Assembly (NCBI GenBank): GCA_903934795.1
Contig: CAIZPE010000145.1
Location: 2,122 to 66,121, forward strand
Length of the DNA: 64,000 nt
DNA from: an uncultured bacterium
Lineage (GTDB): Bacteria > Pseudomonadota > Gammaproteobacteria > Burkholderiales > Burkholderiaceae_E
Direction: 5' to 3'
Below the pieces are notes generated by a model, which saw nothing but the letters and a program-made list of their open reading frames with translations, searched no databases and was not told the origin of the DNA. The position numbers and the translations under genes were made by a program. This document shows, piece after piece, positions 1 to 8,998 of the stretch; positions within the stretch are counted from its first letter, which is position 1, and each line of letters starts with the position of its first letter.

Positions 1-548
1 ACTCCGAATTCGGCCGCAAGGCCGGGCTGGTCGAGGGCCAGTGGCGCCCGCTCTGGGTGATCGACTTCCCGATGTTCGAGCACGACGAGGAGAACGCCCG
101 CTGGGCGGCCGTGCACCATCCCTTCACCTCGCCCAAGGACGGCCACGAGGACTACATGGCCACCGATCCGGGGCGCTGCCTTGCCAAGGCCTATGACCTC
201 GTCCTCAACGGCTGGGAGCTGGGCGGCGGGTCGGTGCGGATCCACCGCGAGGAGGTCCAGAGCAAGGTGTTCCGCGCCCTGAAGATCGGGCCCGAGGAGG
301 CCCGCGCCAAGTTCGGCTTCCTGCTCGATGCCCTGCAGTACGGCGCGCCGCCGCACGGCGGCATCGCCTTCGGCCTGGACCGCATCGTCACCATGATGAC
401 CGGGGCCGAGTCGATCCGCGATGTCATCGCCTTCCCCAAGACACAGCGCGCGCAGTGCCTGCTCACCCAGGCCCCGTCCTCGGTCGACGAGAAGCAGTTG
501 CGCGAGCTGCACATCCGCCTGCGCTCGGCCGAGCCGGCCAAGACCTGA
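1..548 (+). CDS. aspS: Aspartate--tRNA ligase, C-terminal part (5' truncated by window edge)
   Basis: Class II aaRS motif 3 region [12 protein letters not shown], plus [19 protein letters not shown] and [11 protein letters not shown] typical of AspRS. Confidence 0.97.
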   Translation, partial: SEFGRKAGLVEGQWRPLWVIDFPMFEHDEENARWAAVHHPFTSPKDGHEDYMATDPGRCLAKAYDLVLNGWELGGGSVRIHREEVQSKVFRALKIGPEEARAKFGFLLDALQYGAPPHGGIAFGLDRIVTMMTGAESIRDVIAFPKTQRAQCLLTQAPSSVDEKQLRELHIRLRSAEPAKT

Positions 549-572
549 CGCGCCACGGCCTGGAGCGCCAGC

Positions 573-1055
573 ATGGGCAGCAAGATCCCGGAGTCGGTGC
601 TGGTGGTGATCCACACCCCCGACCTGCGGGTGCTGCTGCTCGAGCGCGCCGACCATCCCGGTTTCTGGCAGTCGGTCACCGGCAGCAAGGACAGTGCCGA
701 CGAGCCGCTCTCGCTCACCTGCGCCCGCGAGGTGCTCGAGGAGACCGGCATCGATGTGGCGGCCCATCGCCTGAGCGACTGGTCGCTGACCAACCGCTAC
801 GAGATCTTCCCGCACTGGCGGCACCGCTACCCCGAGGGCGTCACCCACAACACCGAGCATGTGTTCGCGCTGCAGTTGGCGCAGCCCCTGCCGGTGCGGC
901 TCTCGCCGCGCGAGCACCTCGGTCATGCCTGGCTGCCCTGGGAGCAGGCCGCCGAGCGCTGCTTCTCGTGGTCCAACGCCCAGGCCATCCGCGAGCTGCC
1001 GGTGCGCCTGGCGCGGGCCGCCAGCCCGGCAGCGCCCTCGGAGCCGGCGGCATGA
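573..1055 (+). CDS. nudB: Dihydroneopterin triphosphate diphosphatase (Nudix)
   Basis: KIPESVLVVIH, FWQSVTGS, Nudix box AREVLEETG, WRHRY..GVTHNTEHVF; classic position after aspS. Confidence 0.93.
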   Translation: MGSKIPESVLVVIHTPDLRVLLLERADHPGFWQSVTGSKDSADEPLSLTCAREVLEETGIDVAAHRLSDWSLTNRYEIFPHWRHRYPEGVTHNTEHVFALQLAQPLPVRLSPREHLGHAWLPWEQAAERCFSWSNAQAIRELPVRLARAASPAAPSEPAA

Positions 1056-1975
1056 GCCCGCGCGCAGCGCGCCGCGCCCCCCCGCGCGCGCTGCAGCTGC
1101 GCGTGGCCACCTACAACATCCACAAGGGCGTGACTCGGGAGCTGTTCGGCCTGCGCCATGTCAGCCGCATCCACGAGCTGCGCGCCCGCCTGCACGAGCT
1201 CGACGCTGACCTGGTGTTCCTGCAGGAGGTACAGGGCCGTCATGAGCGGCATGCCACCCGCTTTCCGCACTGGCCCAAGGAATCGCAGCACGAGTTCCTG
1301 GCCGGCGAGGGCGGCCGGCGCAGTCCCTTCGAGACCGCGTACGGCCGCAACGCCTCGTACATGCATGGCCATCATGGCAATGCGCTGCTGTCGCGCTTTC
1401 CCATCCTGCGGCGCGAGAACCGCGATGTCTCCGATCATGCCCTCGAGAAGCGCGGCATCCTGCACTGCGTGGTGCGCATGCCCGGGCAGGATCTGCACTG
1501 CTTCGTGGTCCACCTCGGCCTGCTGGCCGCCAGCCGTACCCGCCAGACCGCGCTGCTGGTCGACTGGATCGAACGCGAGATTCCGCGTGAGGCGCCGGTG
1601 ATCATCGCCGGCGACTTCAACGACTGGCGCAACCGGCTGTCCGACACGCTCTACCAGCGGCTGGGTGTGCGCGAGGTCTTCGATGCGCGTCCGCCCTCCG
1701 GCGTGCGCCAGCAGGTGGTGCACTTCGTGCGCGATCGGCTGTTCGATGCCGGCTCGCCCGAGGGCCCGCGTGCCCGACGCGGCGCAGCCGCAGCCAGCCC
1801 GCCGCGGCGGGTGCGTACCGCCCGCACCTTTCCGGCGCTGGTGCCCTGGCTGCGCATGGACCGCATCTACCTGCGCGGATTCGAGGTGCGCGACGCCCGG
1901 GTGCTGCGCGGGCCGGAATGGGCGCGGCTGTCGGACCACAGTCCGCTGGTGGCCGACCTGCGCGCCGCGGACTGA
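1052..1975 (+). CDS. Endonuclease/exonuclease/phosphatase family protein (YbhP-like)
   Basis: ATYNIHKG, LQEV, GNALLS, GDFNDW, DRIY, SDHSPL motifs; ATG 1052 overlaps nudB stop (ATGA); YbhP-ClsB pairing as in E. coli. Confidence 0.9.
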   Translation: MSPRAARRAPPRALQLRVATYNIHKGVTRELFGLRHVSRIHELRARLHELDADLVFLQEVQGRHERHATRFPHWPKESQHEFLAGEGGRRSPFETAYGRNASYMHGHHGNALLSRFPILRRENRDVSDHALEKRGILHCVVRMPGQDLHCFVVHLGLLAASRTRQTALLVDWIEREIPREAPVIIAGDFNDWRNRLSDTLYQRLGVREVFDARPPSGVRQQVVHFVRDRLFDAGSPEGPRARRGAAAASPPRRVRTARTFPALVPWLRMDRIYLRGFEVRDARVLRGPEWARLSDHSPLVADLRAAD

Positions 1976-3339
1976 TGTCGGGCGCGCCGCCGGTCCGCAC
2001 GGTGCCGCGGGTCCGGGCGACGGCGCCGGTCAGGCCTGCGCTGCGTGCGGGCCACGAGGTCTGGCTGCTGGAGGGGGGCGCAGCCTTCTTCCCGGCGCTG
2101 GTGGCGGCGATCGACGCGGCCCGCGCCGAGATCCACCTCGAGACCTACATCGTGCATGACGACCATTCCGCCCGGCCGGTCTTCGAGGCCCTGGCCCGGG
2201 CGGCAGCGCGGGGCGTATTGGTGCAGGTGGCGGTCGATGGCTTCGGCACGCCGCGGGTGCCGCCGCGCCTGGCGGCCCTGCTGGCGGCCGGCCCGGCGCA
2301 GCTGCGGGTGTTCCGGCCCGAGCACTCACCCTACGCGCTCGACCGGCGGCGCCTGCGGCGCCTGCACCGCAAGATCGCGGTGATCGATCGCGAGCTGGCC
2401 TTCATCGGCGGCATCAACCTGCTCGATGACCATGTCGACCCGGCCCACGGCGCACTCGATCGACCGCGGCTGGATTTCGCGGTCAGGGTGCGCGGACCGC
2501 TGGTGGATGACGCCCTGCTCGCTGCCCGTCAGCTCTGGGCCTCGCTGCTGCCGGTGCGCGAGCGTGCCGCGGCGCGCTGGCCCTGCGTGACCGGTCGGCG
2601 TGCGCGTGCGGTGTCTGCTGCGTCGGCTGGGGCTGCTGCGCGCGCCTCGTCGGCGCCCTCGGGCGCGCCTGTTCCGCCGGTTGCGTCGGCCCTGTGGAAC
2701 TCGCCCGCTTTGCCGCCCGCTTCACCGCCCGCTTCACCGCCTGCCCACGCCGCCTTCGCACCCGTGCGTGCCATGCTGCTGCTGCGCGACAACTTCCGCT
2801 TCCGGCGCGCCATCGAGCACGAGTACCTGCAGGCGATCGGCTCGGCCCGCCACCGGGTGCTCATCGCCAACGCCTACTTCTTTCCCGGCGCGCGTCTGCG
2901 GCGGGCGCTCATCCTGGCCGTCCGGCGCGGCGTGCCGGTCACCCTGCTGCTGCAGGGCCGCGTGGAGTACGCGCTGCAGCACTATGCCTCGCAGGCGCTC
3001 TATGACGAGCTGCTCGCCGCTGGCGTACGCATCGTCGAGTACGCGAGCAGCTTCATGCACGCCAAGGTCGCGGTCGCCGACGACTGGGCCACCGTGGGTT
3101 CCTCCAACATCGACCCCTTCTCGCTGCTGCTGGCCCGCGAGGCCAATGTGGTCGTGCGCGATGCCGGCTTCGCGGCTCACCTTGCCGAGCGCATCCATGC
3201 CGCCATCGCGCAGGGCGGTCGCGAGGTCCACCCGGCCCGCCACGCCCGCGGACCCTTGCGCCTGCGCGCCGTGCGCTGGGCGGCGTTTGCGCTGCTGCGC
3301 GCCGGCGTCGCGCTGAGCGGCCGGGCCTCGCGCTGGTGA
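1975..3339 (+). CDS. clsB: Cardiolipin synthase ClsB (PLD family)
   Basis: Two HKD motifs (HRKIAVID, HAKVAVAD), GSSNIDPFS; TGATG overlap with the upstream gene; Ala/Pro-rich insertion between the two PLD domains. Confidence 0.9.
   Translation: MSGAPPVRTVPRVRATAPVRPALRAGHEVWLLEGGAAFFPALVAAIDAARAEIHLETYIVHDDHSARPVFEALARAAARGVLVQVAVDGFGTPRVPPRLAALLAAGPAQLRVFRPEHSPYALDRRRLRRLHRKIAVIDRELAFIGGINLLDDHVDPAHGALDRPRLDFAVRVRGPLVDDALLAARQLWASLLPVRERAAARWPCVTGRRARAVSAASAGAAARASSAPSGAPVPPVASALWNSPALPPASPPASPPAHAAFAPVRAMLLLRDNFRFRRAIEHEYLQAIGSARHRVLIANAYFFPGARLRRALILAVRRGVPVTLLLQGRVEYALQHYASQALYDELLAAGVRIVEYASSFMHAKVAVADDWATVGSSNIDPFSLLLAREANVVVRDAGFAAHLAERIHAAIAQGGREVHPARHARGPLRLRAVRWAAFALLRAGVALSGRASRW
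2701..2744 (+). repeat. Imperfect 12-bp tandem repeat (CCGCCCGCTTCA, about 3.5 units) in the clsB linker
   Basis: tcgcccgctttg ccgcccgcttca ccgcccgcttca ccgcctgc; encodes SPALPPASPPASPP. Confidence 0.85.
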
Positions 3340-4364
3340 GCATGCCGGGCGCGGACATGTCGTCGGCCGACGATCTCGTGGTGCTCCGACCGGAGGGCAT
3401 GTACTGCCCGGCCGGCGACTTCCACATCGACCCCTGGCGACCGGTGCCGCGTGCGGTGATCACCCACGCCCATGCCGACCATGCCCGTCCAGGGCATGGC
3501 CACTGCCTGGCTGCCGCCGAGGGCGAGACCGTGCTGCGCGCCCGCCTGGGTGGCGTCGGCCTGCAGCTGCTCGGCTGGGGCCAGACCGTGGTGCACAACG
3601 GGGTCAGCGTGTCGCTGCACCCGGCCGGTCACATCCTGGGTTCGGCACAGGTGCGGCTCGCCCACCGCGGCCGGGTCTGGGTGGTATCGGGCGATTACCG
3701 GGTCGAGCCCGATCCCACCTGCAGCGCCTTCGAGCCGGTGCGTTGCGACACCTTCATCACCGAGTCCACCTTCGGTCTGCCGGTCTACCGCTGGCAGCCG
3801 CAACGGGTGCTGATGGCCGAGATCAGCCGCTGGTGGGCCGACAACGCCGCTGCCGGACGCACGAGCGTGCTCTACGGCTACTCGCTGGGCAAGGCGCAGC
3901 GCATCCTCGCCGGGGTCGACGCCGCCATTGGCCCGATCGTCTGCCACGCCGCCGTGGAGGCGCTCAACCGGGCCTATCGCGAAGCCGGGGTGTCGCTGCC
4001 CCCCACCCGCCTGGTCAGCGAAGTGACCGATCGTGCGGCATTTTCGCGCGCGCTGGTGATCGCGCCGCCCTCGGCCGGCAGTCCGGGCTGGCTGCGCCGC
4101 TTTGCCGATCCGGTCGATGCGTTTGCCTCGGGCTGGATGGCGCTGCGCGGTGCGCGCCGACGGCGTGGCGTGGACCGCGGCTTCGTGCTCTCCGACCACG
4201 CCGACTGGCCCGGGCTGCAGCAGGCGATCGCCGCCACCGGCGCGCAGCGGGTCATCGTCACCCACGGGCAGGTGCCGGTGATGGTGCGCTGGCTCGCCGA
4301 GCAGGGCCTGCAGGCCGAGGCATTCCAGACCGAGTTCGGCGCCGAGGAGGCGCAATCGGCATGA
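3336..4364 (+). CDS. Ligase-associated DNA damage response exonuclease (MBL/beta-CASP-like)
   Basis: ITHAHADHAR, AGHILGSAQ, FITESTFGLP, YSLGKAQR, LSDHADW, VTHG; directly upstream of the ATP-dependent ligase. Start could be GTG 3336, ATG 3342 or ATG 3357. Confidence 0.92.
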   Translation: MSMPGADMSSADDLVVLRPEGMYCPAGDFHIDPWRPVPRAVITHAHADHARPGHGHCLAAAEGETVLRARLGGVGLQLLGWGQTVVHNGVSVSLHPAGHILGSAQVRLAHRGRVWVVSGDYRVEPDPTCSAFEPVRCDTFITESTFGLPVYRWQPQRVLMAEISRWWADNAAAGRTSVLYGYSLGKAQRILAGVDAAIGPIVCHAAVEALNRAYREAGVSLPPTRLVSEVTDRAAFSRALVIAPPSAGSPGWLRRFADPVDAFASGWMALRGARRRRGVDRGFVLSDHADWPGLQQAIAATGAQRVIVTHGQVPVMVRWLAEQGLQAEAFQTEFGAEEAQSA

Positions 4365-6217
4365 AGGCCTTCGCTGCCCTCTACGCCGCGCTCGATGCCT
4401 CATCGTCCACCCGCCACAAGGTGGCCGTGATGGCCGATTACCTGCGCACGGCGCCACCCGTCGATGCCGCCTGGGCGGTCTACTTTCTCGCCGGTGGCAA
4501 GCCTCGCCAGAGCGTGCCTTCGCGGGTGCTGCGCGAGGCCGCCTGCGAGGCGGCCGGTCTGGCGCCCTGGCTCTTCGAGGAGAGCTATGCCGCGGTGGGT
4601 GATCTCGCCGAGACCATCGCCCATCTGCTGCCCGCGGGCGATGCCAGCGACGACACCGGCCTGGCCGAGTGGTTGCAGACGCGCCTGTTGGCGCTGCGCG
4701 GCGCCGCGCCCGCCGATGCCGCCCGTGGCCTGCGCGAGGCCTGGGCGGGGCTCGACTGGAACGGCCGCTTCCTGCTCAACAAGCTGATCACCGGCGGACT
4801 GCGGGTGGGGGTGTCGCGCCAGCTCATGGTGCGCGCCCTGGCCGAGGTCTCGGGGCTGGCCCCTGCCCTGATCGCGCAGCGCATGATCGGTTTCACCGAC
4901 GCCCGCCGCCAGCCCGCCGCGCAGCATCTGGCCGAGCTGCTCGCCCCGCCTCAGGCGGGCGCGACGATCCGCGACGGCCGGCCCTATCCCTTCTTCCTCG
5001 CCCATCCGCTGCCCGGCGAGCCGGCCGCGCTCGGTGACATCGCGTCCTGGCAGGCCGAGTGGAAGTGGGATGGCGTGCGTGCGCAGCTGGTGCTGCGCGA
5101 TGGCCAGACCTGGCTGTGGTCGCGTGGCGAGGAGCTGGTCACCGAACGCTTCCCGGAGGTGGTCCGGGCTGCGCGGGCGTGGGCGGCATGCCATGCGGCA
5201 CAGGCGGCCGCCGGCACGGTGTTCGACGGCGAGCTGCTCGCCTGGGACCCGGCCACGGCAAGGCCGCTGCCTTTCGCGGCGCTGCAAAGGCGTATCGCCC
5301 GACTCAAGCCGGGTGCGGCCCTGCTGCGTGAGGTGCCCGTTCGCTTCCTGGCCTACGACCTGCTCGAGCACGAGGGTGAAGACTGGCGCGAGCGGCCGCT
5401 GGGGCAGCGACGCGCGCAGCTCGAGCGGCTGCTGGCGCCGCCGCCGGGTGGAGCACCCGATGCACCCGATGCACCCGATGCGCCCGATGCGCCCGATGCG
5501 CCCGATGCGCCCGAGGCGTCCACAGCGTCCGCATTCCCCACCGATTTCCCGCGTCGTGTCCCCGCCATCGCCTCCGAGGGCGACCCGCACCCGCGCCTGC
5601 ACTGCTCGCCGCGGCTGTCGGCGGCCGACTGGTCGGACCTGGCCGCGCTGCGCGCCCGCGCGCGCGATCAAGGCGTCGAGGGCCTGATGCTCAAGCACCA
5701 GGATTCGGCCTACGGCGTGGGCCGTCTGCGCGTGCCGGGTGGCGGCTGGTGGAAGTGGAAGCTCGATCCGCTGAGCATCGACGCGGTGCTGCTCTACGCC
5801 CAGCGCGGCCACGGCCGTCGGGCCAGTCTCTACACCGACTACACCTTCGCGCTCTGGGCCGAGCCGCCGGGCGAGGGCGAACCGCCCGTGCTGGTGCCCT
5901 TCGCCAAGGCCTATTCCGGGCTGACCGATGACGAGATCCGCCAGGTGGACGCGGTGATCCGCCGCACCACCGTCGAGCGCTTCGGCCCGGTGCGCAGCCT
6001 GCAGCCCACGCTGGTCTTCGAGCTCGGCTTCGAGGGCATCGCGCCCTCGCCGCGCCATCGCAGCGGCGTGGCCGTGCGTTTTCCCCGGATGCTGCGCTGG
6101 CGGACCGACAAGACCATCCGCGAGGCCGATACCCTGGACAGCCTGCGCGCGCTGCTGGCCGGCGGGCAGGCCGACCCGGCACGCGGACAGACCGATTCGA
6201 GCCCATGCCCGCCCTGA
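4361..6217 (+). CDS. ATP-dependent DNA ligase (ligase-associated DNA damage response type)
   Basis: Motif I EWKWDGVR, III FDGEL, IIIa AYDLL, IV EGLMLK, V WWKWK, VI RFPR; ATGA overlap with the exonuclease. Confidence 0.95.
   Translation: MKAFAALYAALDASSSTRHKVAVMADYLRTAPPVDAAWAVYFLAGGKPRQSVPSRVLREAACEAAGLAPWLFEESYAAVGDLAETIAHLLPAGDASDDTGLAEWLQTRLLALRGAAPADAARGLREAWAGLDWNGRFLLNKLITGGLRVGVSRQLMVRALAEVSGLAPALIAQRMIGFTDARRQPAAQHLAELLAPPQAGATIRDGRPYPFFLAHPLPGEPAALGDIASWQAEWKWDGVRAQLVLRDGQTWLWSRGEELVTERFPEVVRAARAWAACHAAQAAAGTVFDGELLAWDPATARPLPFAALQRRIARLKPGAALLREVPVRFLAYDLLEHEGEDWRERPLGQRRAQLERLLAPPPGGAPDAPDAPDAPDAPDAPDAPEASTASAFPTDFPRRVPAIASEGDPHPRLHCSPRLSAADWSDLAALRARARDQGVEGLMLKHQDSAYGVGRLRVPGGGWWKWKLDPLSIDAVLLYAQRGHGRRASLYTDYTFALWAEPPGEGEPPVLVPFAKAYSGLTDDEIRQVDAVIRRTTVERFGPVRSLQPTLVFELGFEGIAPSPRHRSGVAVRFPRMLRWRTDKTIREADTLDSLRALLAGGQADPARGQTDSSPCPP
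5453..5515 (+). repeat. 9-bp tandem repeat x7 (GCACCCGAT/GCGCCCGAT) encoding (APD)6-APE inside the ligase
   Basis: Counted directly: 3x gcacccgat, 3x gcgcccgat, 1x gcgcccgag. Confidence 0.97.
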
Positions 6218-6267
6218 TGCCTGCACCGATGCCGCCACCGATGCCGCCACCGATGCCCGCCCCCATG
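6205..6267 (+). repeat. 12-bp periodic repeat (ATGCCGCCACCG-like) giving six in-frame ATGs
   Basis: ATGs at 6205, 6217, 6229, 6241, 6253, 6265 (MPALMPAPMPPPMPPPMPAPM). Confidence 0.95.
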
Positions 6268-7104
6268 CTGATCGGTGTCGACTTCACCAGCACGCCGCGC
6301 GCCGGCAAGCCGATCACGGTGGCGATCGGTCGGCTGGTGCCGGGCACCGCGCCTCGGGTGCACCTGGCGCAGATCGCGCACTTCCGCAGCCTCGACGACT
6401 GGCTGGGCTGGCTGTGCCGGCCGCAGGCCTGGGTGGGCGCCTTCGACTTCCCCTTCGGCCTGCCGCGCGCCTTTGCCGCAGGCCTGGGCTGGCCCCTGGA
6501 GGATGTGGAGCCCTGGGTGCCGGTCACGCAGCGACTGGCTGCGCTCAGCCGTGCCGAACTGGTGGCGCACTGCCGGGCCTGGTGCGATGCCCGCCCGCCG
6601 GGCAGCAAGTTCGCGCACCGTGCCACCGATCGGCCGGCGGGCAGCAGTCCGTCGATGAAGTGGGTCAATCCGCCGGTGGCGCTGATGCTGCACGAGGGCG
6701 CGCCGCGCCTGCTGCAGGCCGGTGTGACCCTGCCCGGGCTGCGCCGCCGCGGCACCGATCCGGCGCGGGTGGCCCTCGAAGGCTATCCGGCCCTGCTGGC
6801 GCGCGCGCTGCTCGGCCGCGCGTCGTACAAGAGCGACGAGCCGGCGCGCCGTCATTGCCCGGCGCGGCGGGCCGCGCGCGAGCGGCTGGTGGCCGCGCTG
6901 GAAACCGGTGATCATCCCTTCGAGACCGCGATCACCCTGGATGCGGCGCGCGCCGGGCTCATCACCCAGCCGCAGGCCGACGAGCTCGATGCGGTGCTGT
7001 GCCTGGCCATGGCGGCCTGGGCCTGGCAGCGCCGCGACAGCGGCTGGGGCCTGCCCGCCGATATCGATCCGGTCGAGGGCTGGGTGCTCGGAGCGCCCGC
7101 CTGA
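6217..7104 (+). CDS. DUF429 family protein (predicted RNase H-fold nuclease)
   Basis: LIGVDFTS, AFDFPFGLPR, SPSMKWVNPPV, LEGYPALLAR, SYKSD, DELDAVLC; ATG 6217 overlaps the ligase TGA (TGATG); alternative in-frame ATGs from 6205 to 6265. Confidence 0.8.
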   Translation: MPAPMPPPMPPPMPAPMLIGVDFTSTPRAGKPITVAIGRLVPGTAPRVHLAQIAHFRSLDDWLGWLCRPQAWVGAFDFPFGLPRAFAAGLGWPLEDVEPWVPVTQRLAALSRAELVAHCRAWCDARPPGSKFAHRATDRPAGSSPSMKWVNPPVALMLHEGAPRLLQAGVTLPGLRRRGTDPARVALEGYPALLARALLGRASYKSDEPARRHCPARRAARERLVAALETGDHPFETAITLDAARAGLITQPQADELDAVLCLAMAAWAWQRRDSGWGLPADIDPVEGWVLGAPA

Positions 7105-7176
7105 TCACTGGCATGATCGGCGGCCCGCCGCCCGCGCGACGCCTCTGCGCGCCCGGCCTCTCAACGGAGCCCGACC

Positions 7177-8886
7177 ATGCAGGATGCCGATCCCGTCACC
7201 AGCCCCAGCGGGGCCATCGCCCATCCTGCGCTGGTCGCGCACAGCGCGATGTTCCAGCCGCGCGTGCATGCGGTGACCGACCGGGTGTGGTGCGCAGTCG
7301 GGTTCGGCATCAGCAATGTCACCCTGGTGCGCGGCGACGAGGGTCTCATCCTGATCGACGCCGGCGAGTGCCGCGAGGAGATGGCCGAGGTGCTGGCCGC
7401 CTTCGGGCCGCTGCTCGACCGGCCGGTGGTCGCGCTGATCTACACCCACTCGCACTATGTCGGCGGCGCGGCCGAGGTGATCGCCCGCTGGGGGCCCTCG
7501 GTGGCGGTGTGGGCCCACGAGGATCTCGGCGAGGTCATGGCCGAGGTCGGCGCCGAGTTCGGCCCGGCCTATCGCCGCCGCGTGCGCATCCAGTTCGGTC
7601 ACGACCTGCCGCGGGAGGGGCCCGATGCCATGCCCAACTACGGCATCGGCCCGATCTTCTTCCGCCCGGGCCCCAGCACCCAGGGCTTCGTGCCGCCCAC
7701 CCGGCACATCCCGCGGGCGCTCAGCCAGGCCCGCATCGCCGGGCTCGATGTGCACTTCGACGGCCGCTTCGCCAGCGACTCGCGCGACACGATCATCATC
7801 GGCTTTCCGCAGCTGCGCACCGTGGTCAACAATCATGTCTGGCCGGTGCTCTTCAATGTCTACCCCCTGCGCGGCGAGGCCTATCGCGATCCGCTGGTCA
7901 TGGTGGCGGCCATCGACGCCATCCGCGATGCCCGGCCCGAGCATCTGGTGGGCGCGCACGGCGCACCCATCCTCGGGCGCGATGATGTCCAGGCCTGCCT
8001 GGACGACCACCGCGACTCCCTGCAGTACCTCTGGGATCAGACCGTGCGCGGCATCAACGCCGGGCTCGGCCCCGATGACCTGGCCGCGAGCATCGCCCTG
8101 CCGCCGCGGCTTGCCGACAGCCGCTGGGTGCCCACCTTCTACGGCGAGCCGGCCTATCACGCCCGTGCCATCCACAACGGCCTGTTCGGGTGGTTCGGCG
8201 GCGATGGCGCCACGCTGCATCCGGTGGCGCCGGCACGGCGCGCCGAACTGCTGGTGGCCGGTCTGGGCGGGCGCGCGGCGGTGCTCGTGCAGGCCGACGA
8301 GGCCCTCGCCCGCGGCGAGCAGGGCTGGGCCGCCGAGCTTTGCAGCCACCTGCTGCGCCTCGATGCCGGTGACGCACAGGCCGCGCATGGCAAGGCGCGG
8401 GCGCTGCGCGAGATGGCCCGGCGCACGCCTGCCACCAACACCCGCGCCTTCATGCTCGATGAGGCCCGGCGCCTGGAGACCGGGCGCGCCGGCAGCCCGC
8501 CGCCCGCGGTCCGACCGGCGCGGGCGCTGATCCTGAACTCCCCGCCCGAGCGTTTCGTGCGCGCGCTCGGCGCCCGGCTCGACCCGCAGGCCAGCGCCGA
8601 CACCGACCGGGTGTTCCGCCTTCGCCAGACCGATGCCGATCATGTCTGCGGTCTGCAGGTCTACCAGGGGGTGGCGCGTTTCCTGCCGCCTGCGGCCTTC
8701 GCCACCCCCGCGGCGCGCGCCGATGTCGGCCTGGCCTGTGACCGCGCCACCTGGGCCCTGCTGCTCTCGGGTCGTCAGTCGCTGCCCGCGGCCATTGCCG
8801 CGGGCAAGGCATCGATCGATGCCGGCGATGAGGCGGCGCTGCACGCCTTCTTCGCGCTCTTCGACGACCTCTCCCTGCGGGCTTGA
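7177..8886 (+). CDS. Alkyl sulfatase-like protein (MBL fold + dimerisation domain + SCP2-like C-terminus), atypical metal motif
   Basis: GFGISNVTLV, LILIDAG, YTHSHYVGG, NVYPLRG..YRDP, LQYLWDQTVRGINAG, FYGE..YHARAI, C-terminal SCP2-like region. Confidence 0.8.
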   Translation: MQDADPVTSPSGAIAHPALVAHSAMFQPRVHAVTDRVWCAVGFGISNVTLVRGDEGLILIDAGECREEMAEVLAAFGPLLDRPVVALIYTHSHYVGGAAEVIARWGPSVAVWAHEDLGEVMAEVGAEFGPAYRRRVRIQFGHDLPREGPDAMPNYGIGPIFFRPGPSTQGFVPPTRHIPRALSQARIAGLDVHFDGRFASDSRDTIIIGFPQLRTVVNNHVWPVLFNVYPLRGEAYRDPLVMVAAIDAIRDARPEHLVGAHGAPILGRDDVQACLDDHRDSLQYLWDQTVRGINAGLGPDDLAASIALPPRLADSRWVPTFYGEPAYHARAIHNGLFGWFGGDGATLHPVAPARRAELLVAGLGGRAAVLVQADEALARGEQGWAAELCSHLLRLDAGDAQAAHGKARALREMARRTPATNTRAFMLDEARRLETGRAGSPPPAVRPARALILNSPPERFVRALGARLDPQASADTDRVFRLRQTDADHVCGLQVYQGVARFLPPAAFATPAARADVGLACDRATWALLLSGRQSLPAAIAAGKASIDAGDEAALHAFFALFDDLSLRA

Positions 8887-8905
8887 GGCACGCCCGTCGC
8901 CCGGC

Positions 8906-8934
8906 TTGACAGCCGGCGCGCCATGGTTGATGCT
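8906..8934 (+). promoter_or_regulatory. Sigma70 promoter of the TetR-acyl-CoA dehydrogenase unit
   Basis: TTGACA (8906-8911), 17 bp spacer, GATGCT (8929-8934). Confidence 0.7.
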
Positions 8935-8958
8935 AAAAAAGCACGACCGTGCATTAAA
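8935..8958. promoter_or_regulatory. Palindromic TetR (FadP-like) operator AAAAAA-GCACGACCGTGC overlapping the predicted transcription start
   Basis: GCACG-AC-CGTGC inverted repeat at 8941-8952 in an A/T-rich island just upstream of the TetR gene. Confidence 0.65.
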
Positions 8959-8998
8959 AGGTCGGCTCAACGCCGAAGTCGGTTCAGGAAAGCCGCGC

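Noticed and set aside
1052-3339. EEP hydrolase-clsB pairing as novel
   Set aside because: Matches the known ybhP-clsB arrangement.
5453-5515. Tandem repeats as a CRISPR array
   Set aside because: 9-12 bp units with no spacers, in frame inside genes; no cas genes.
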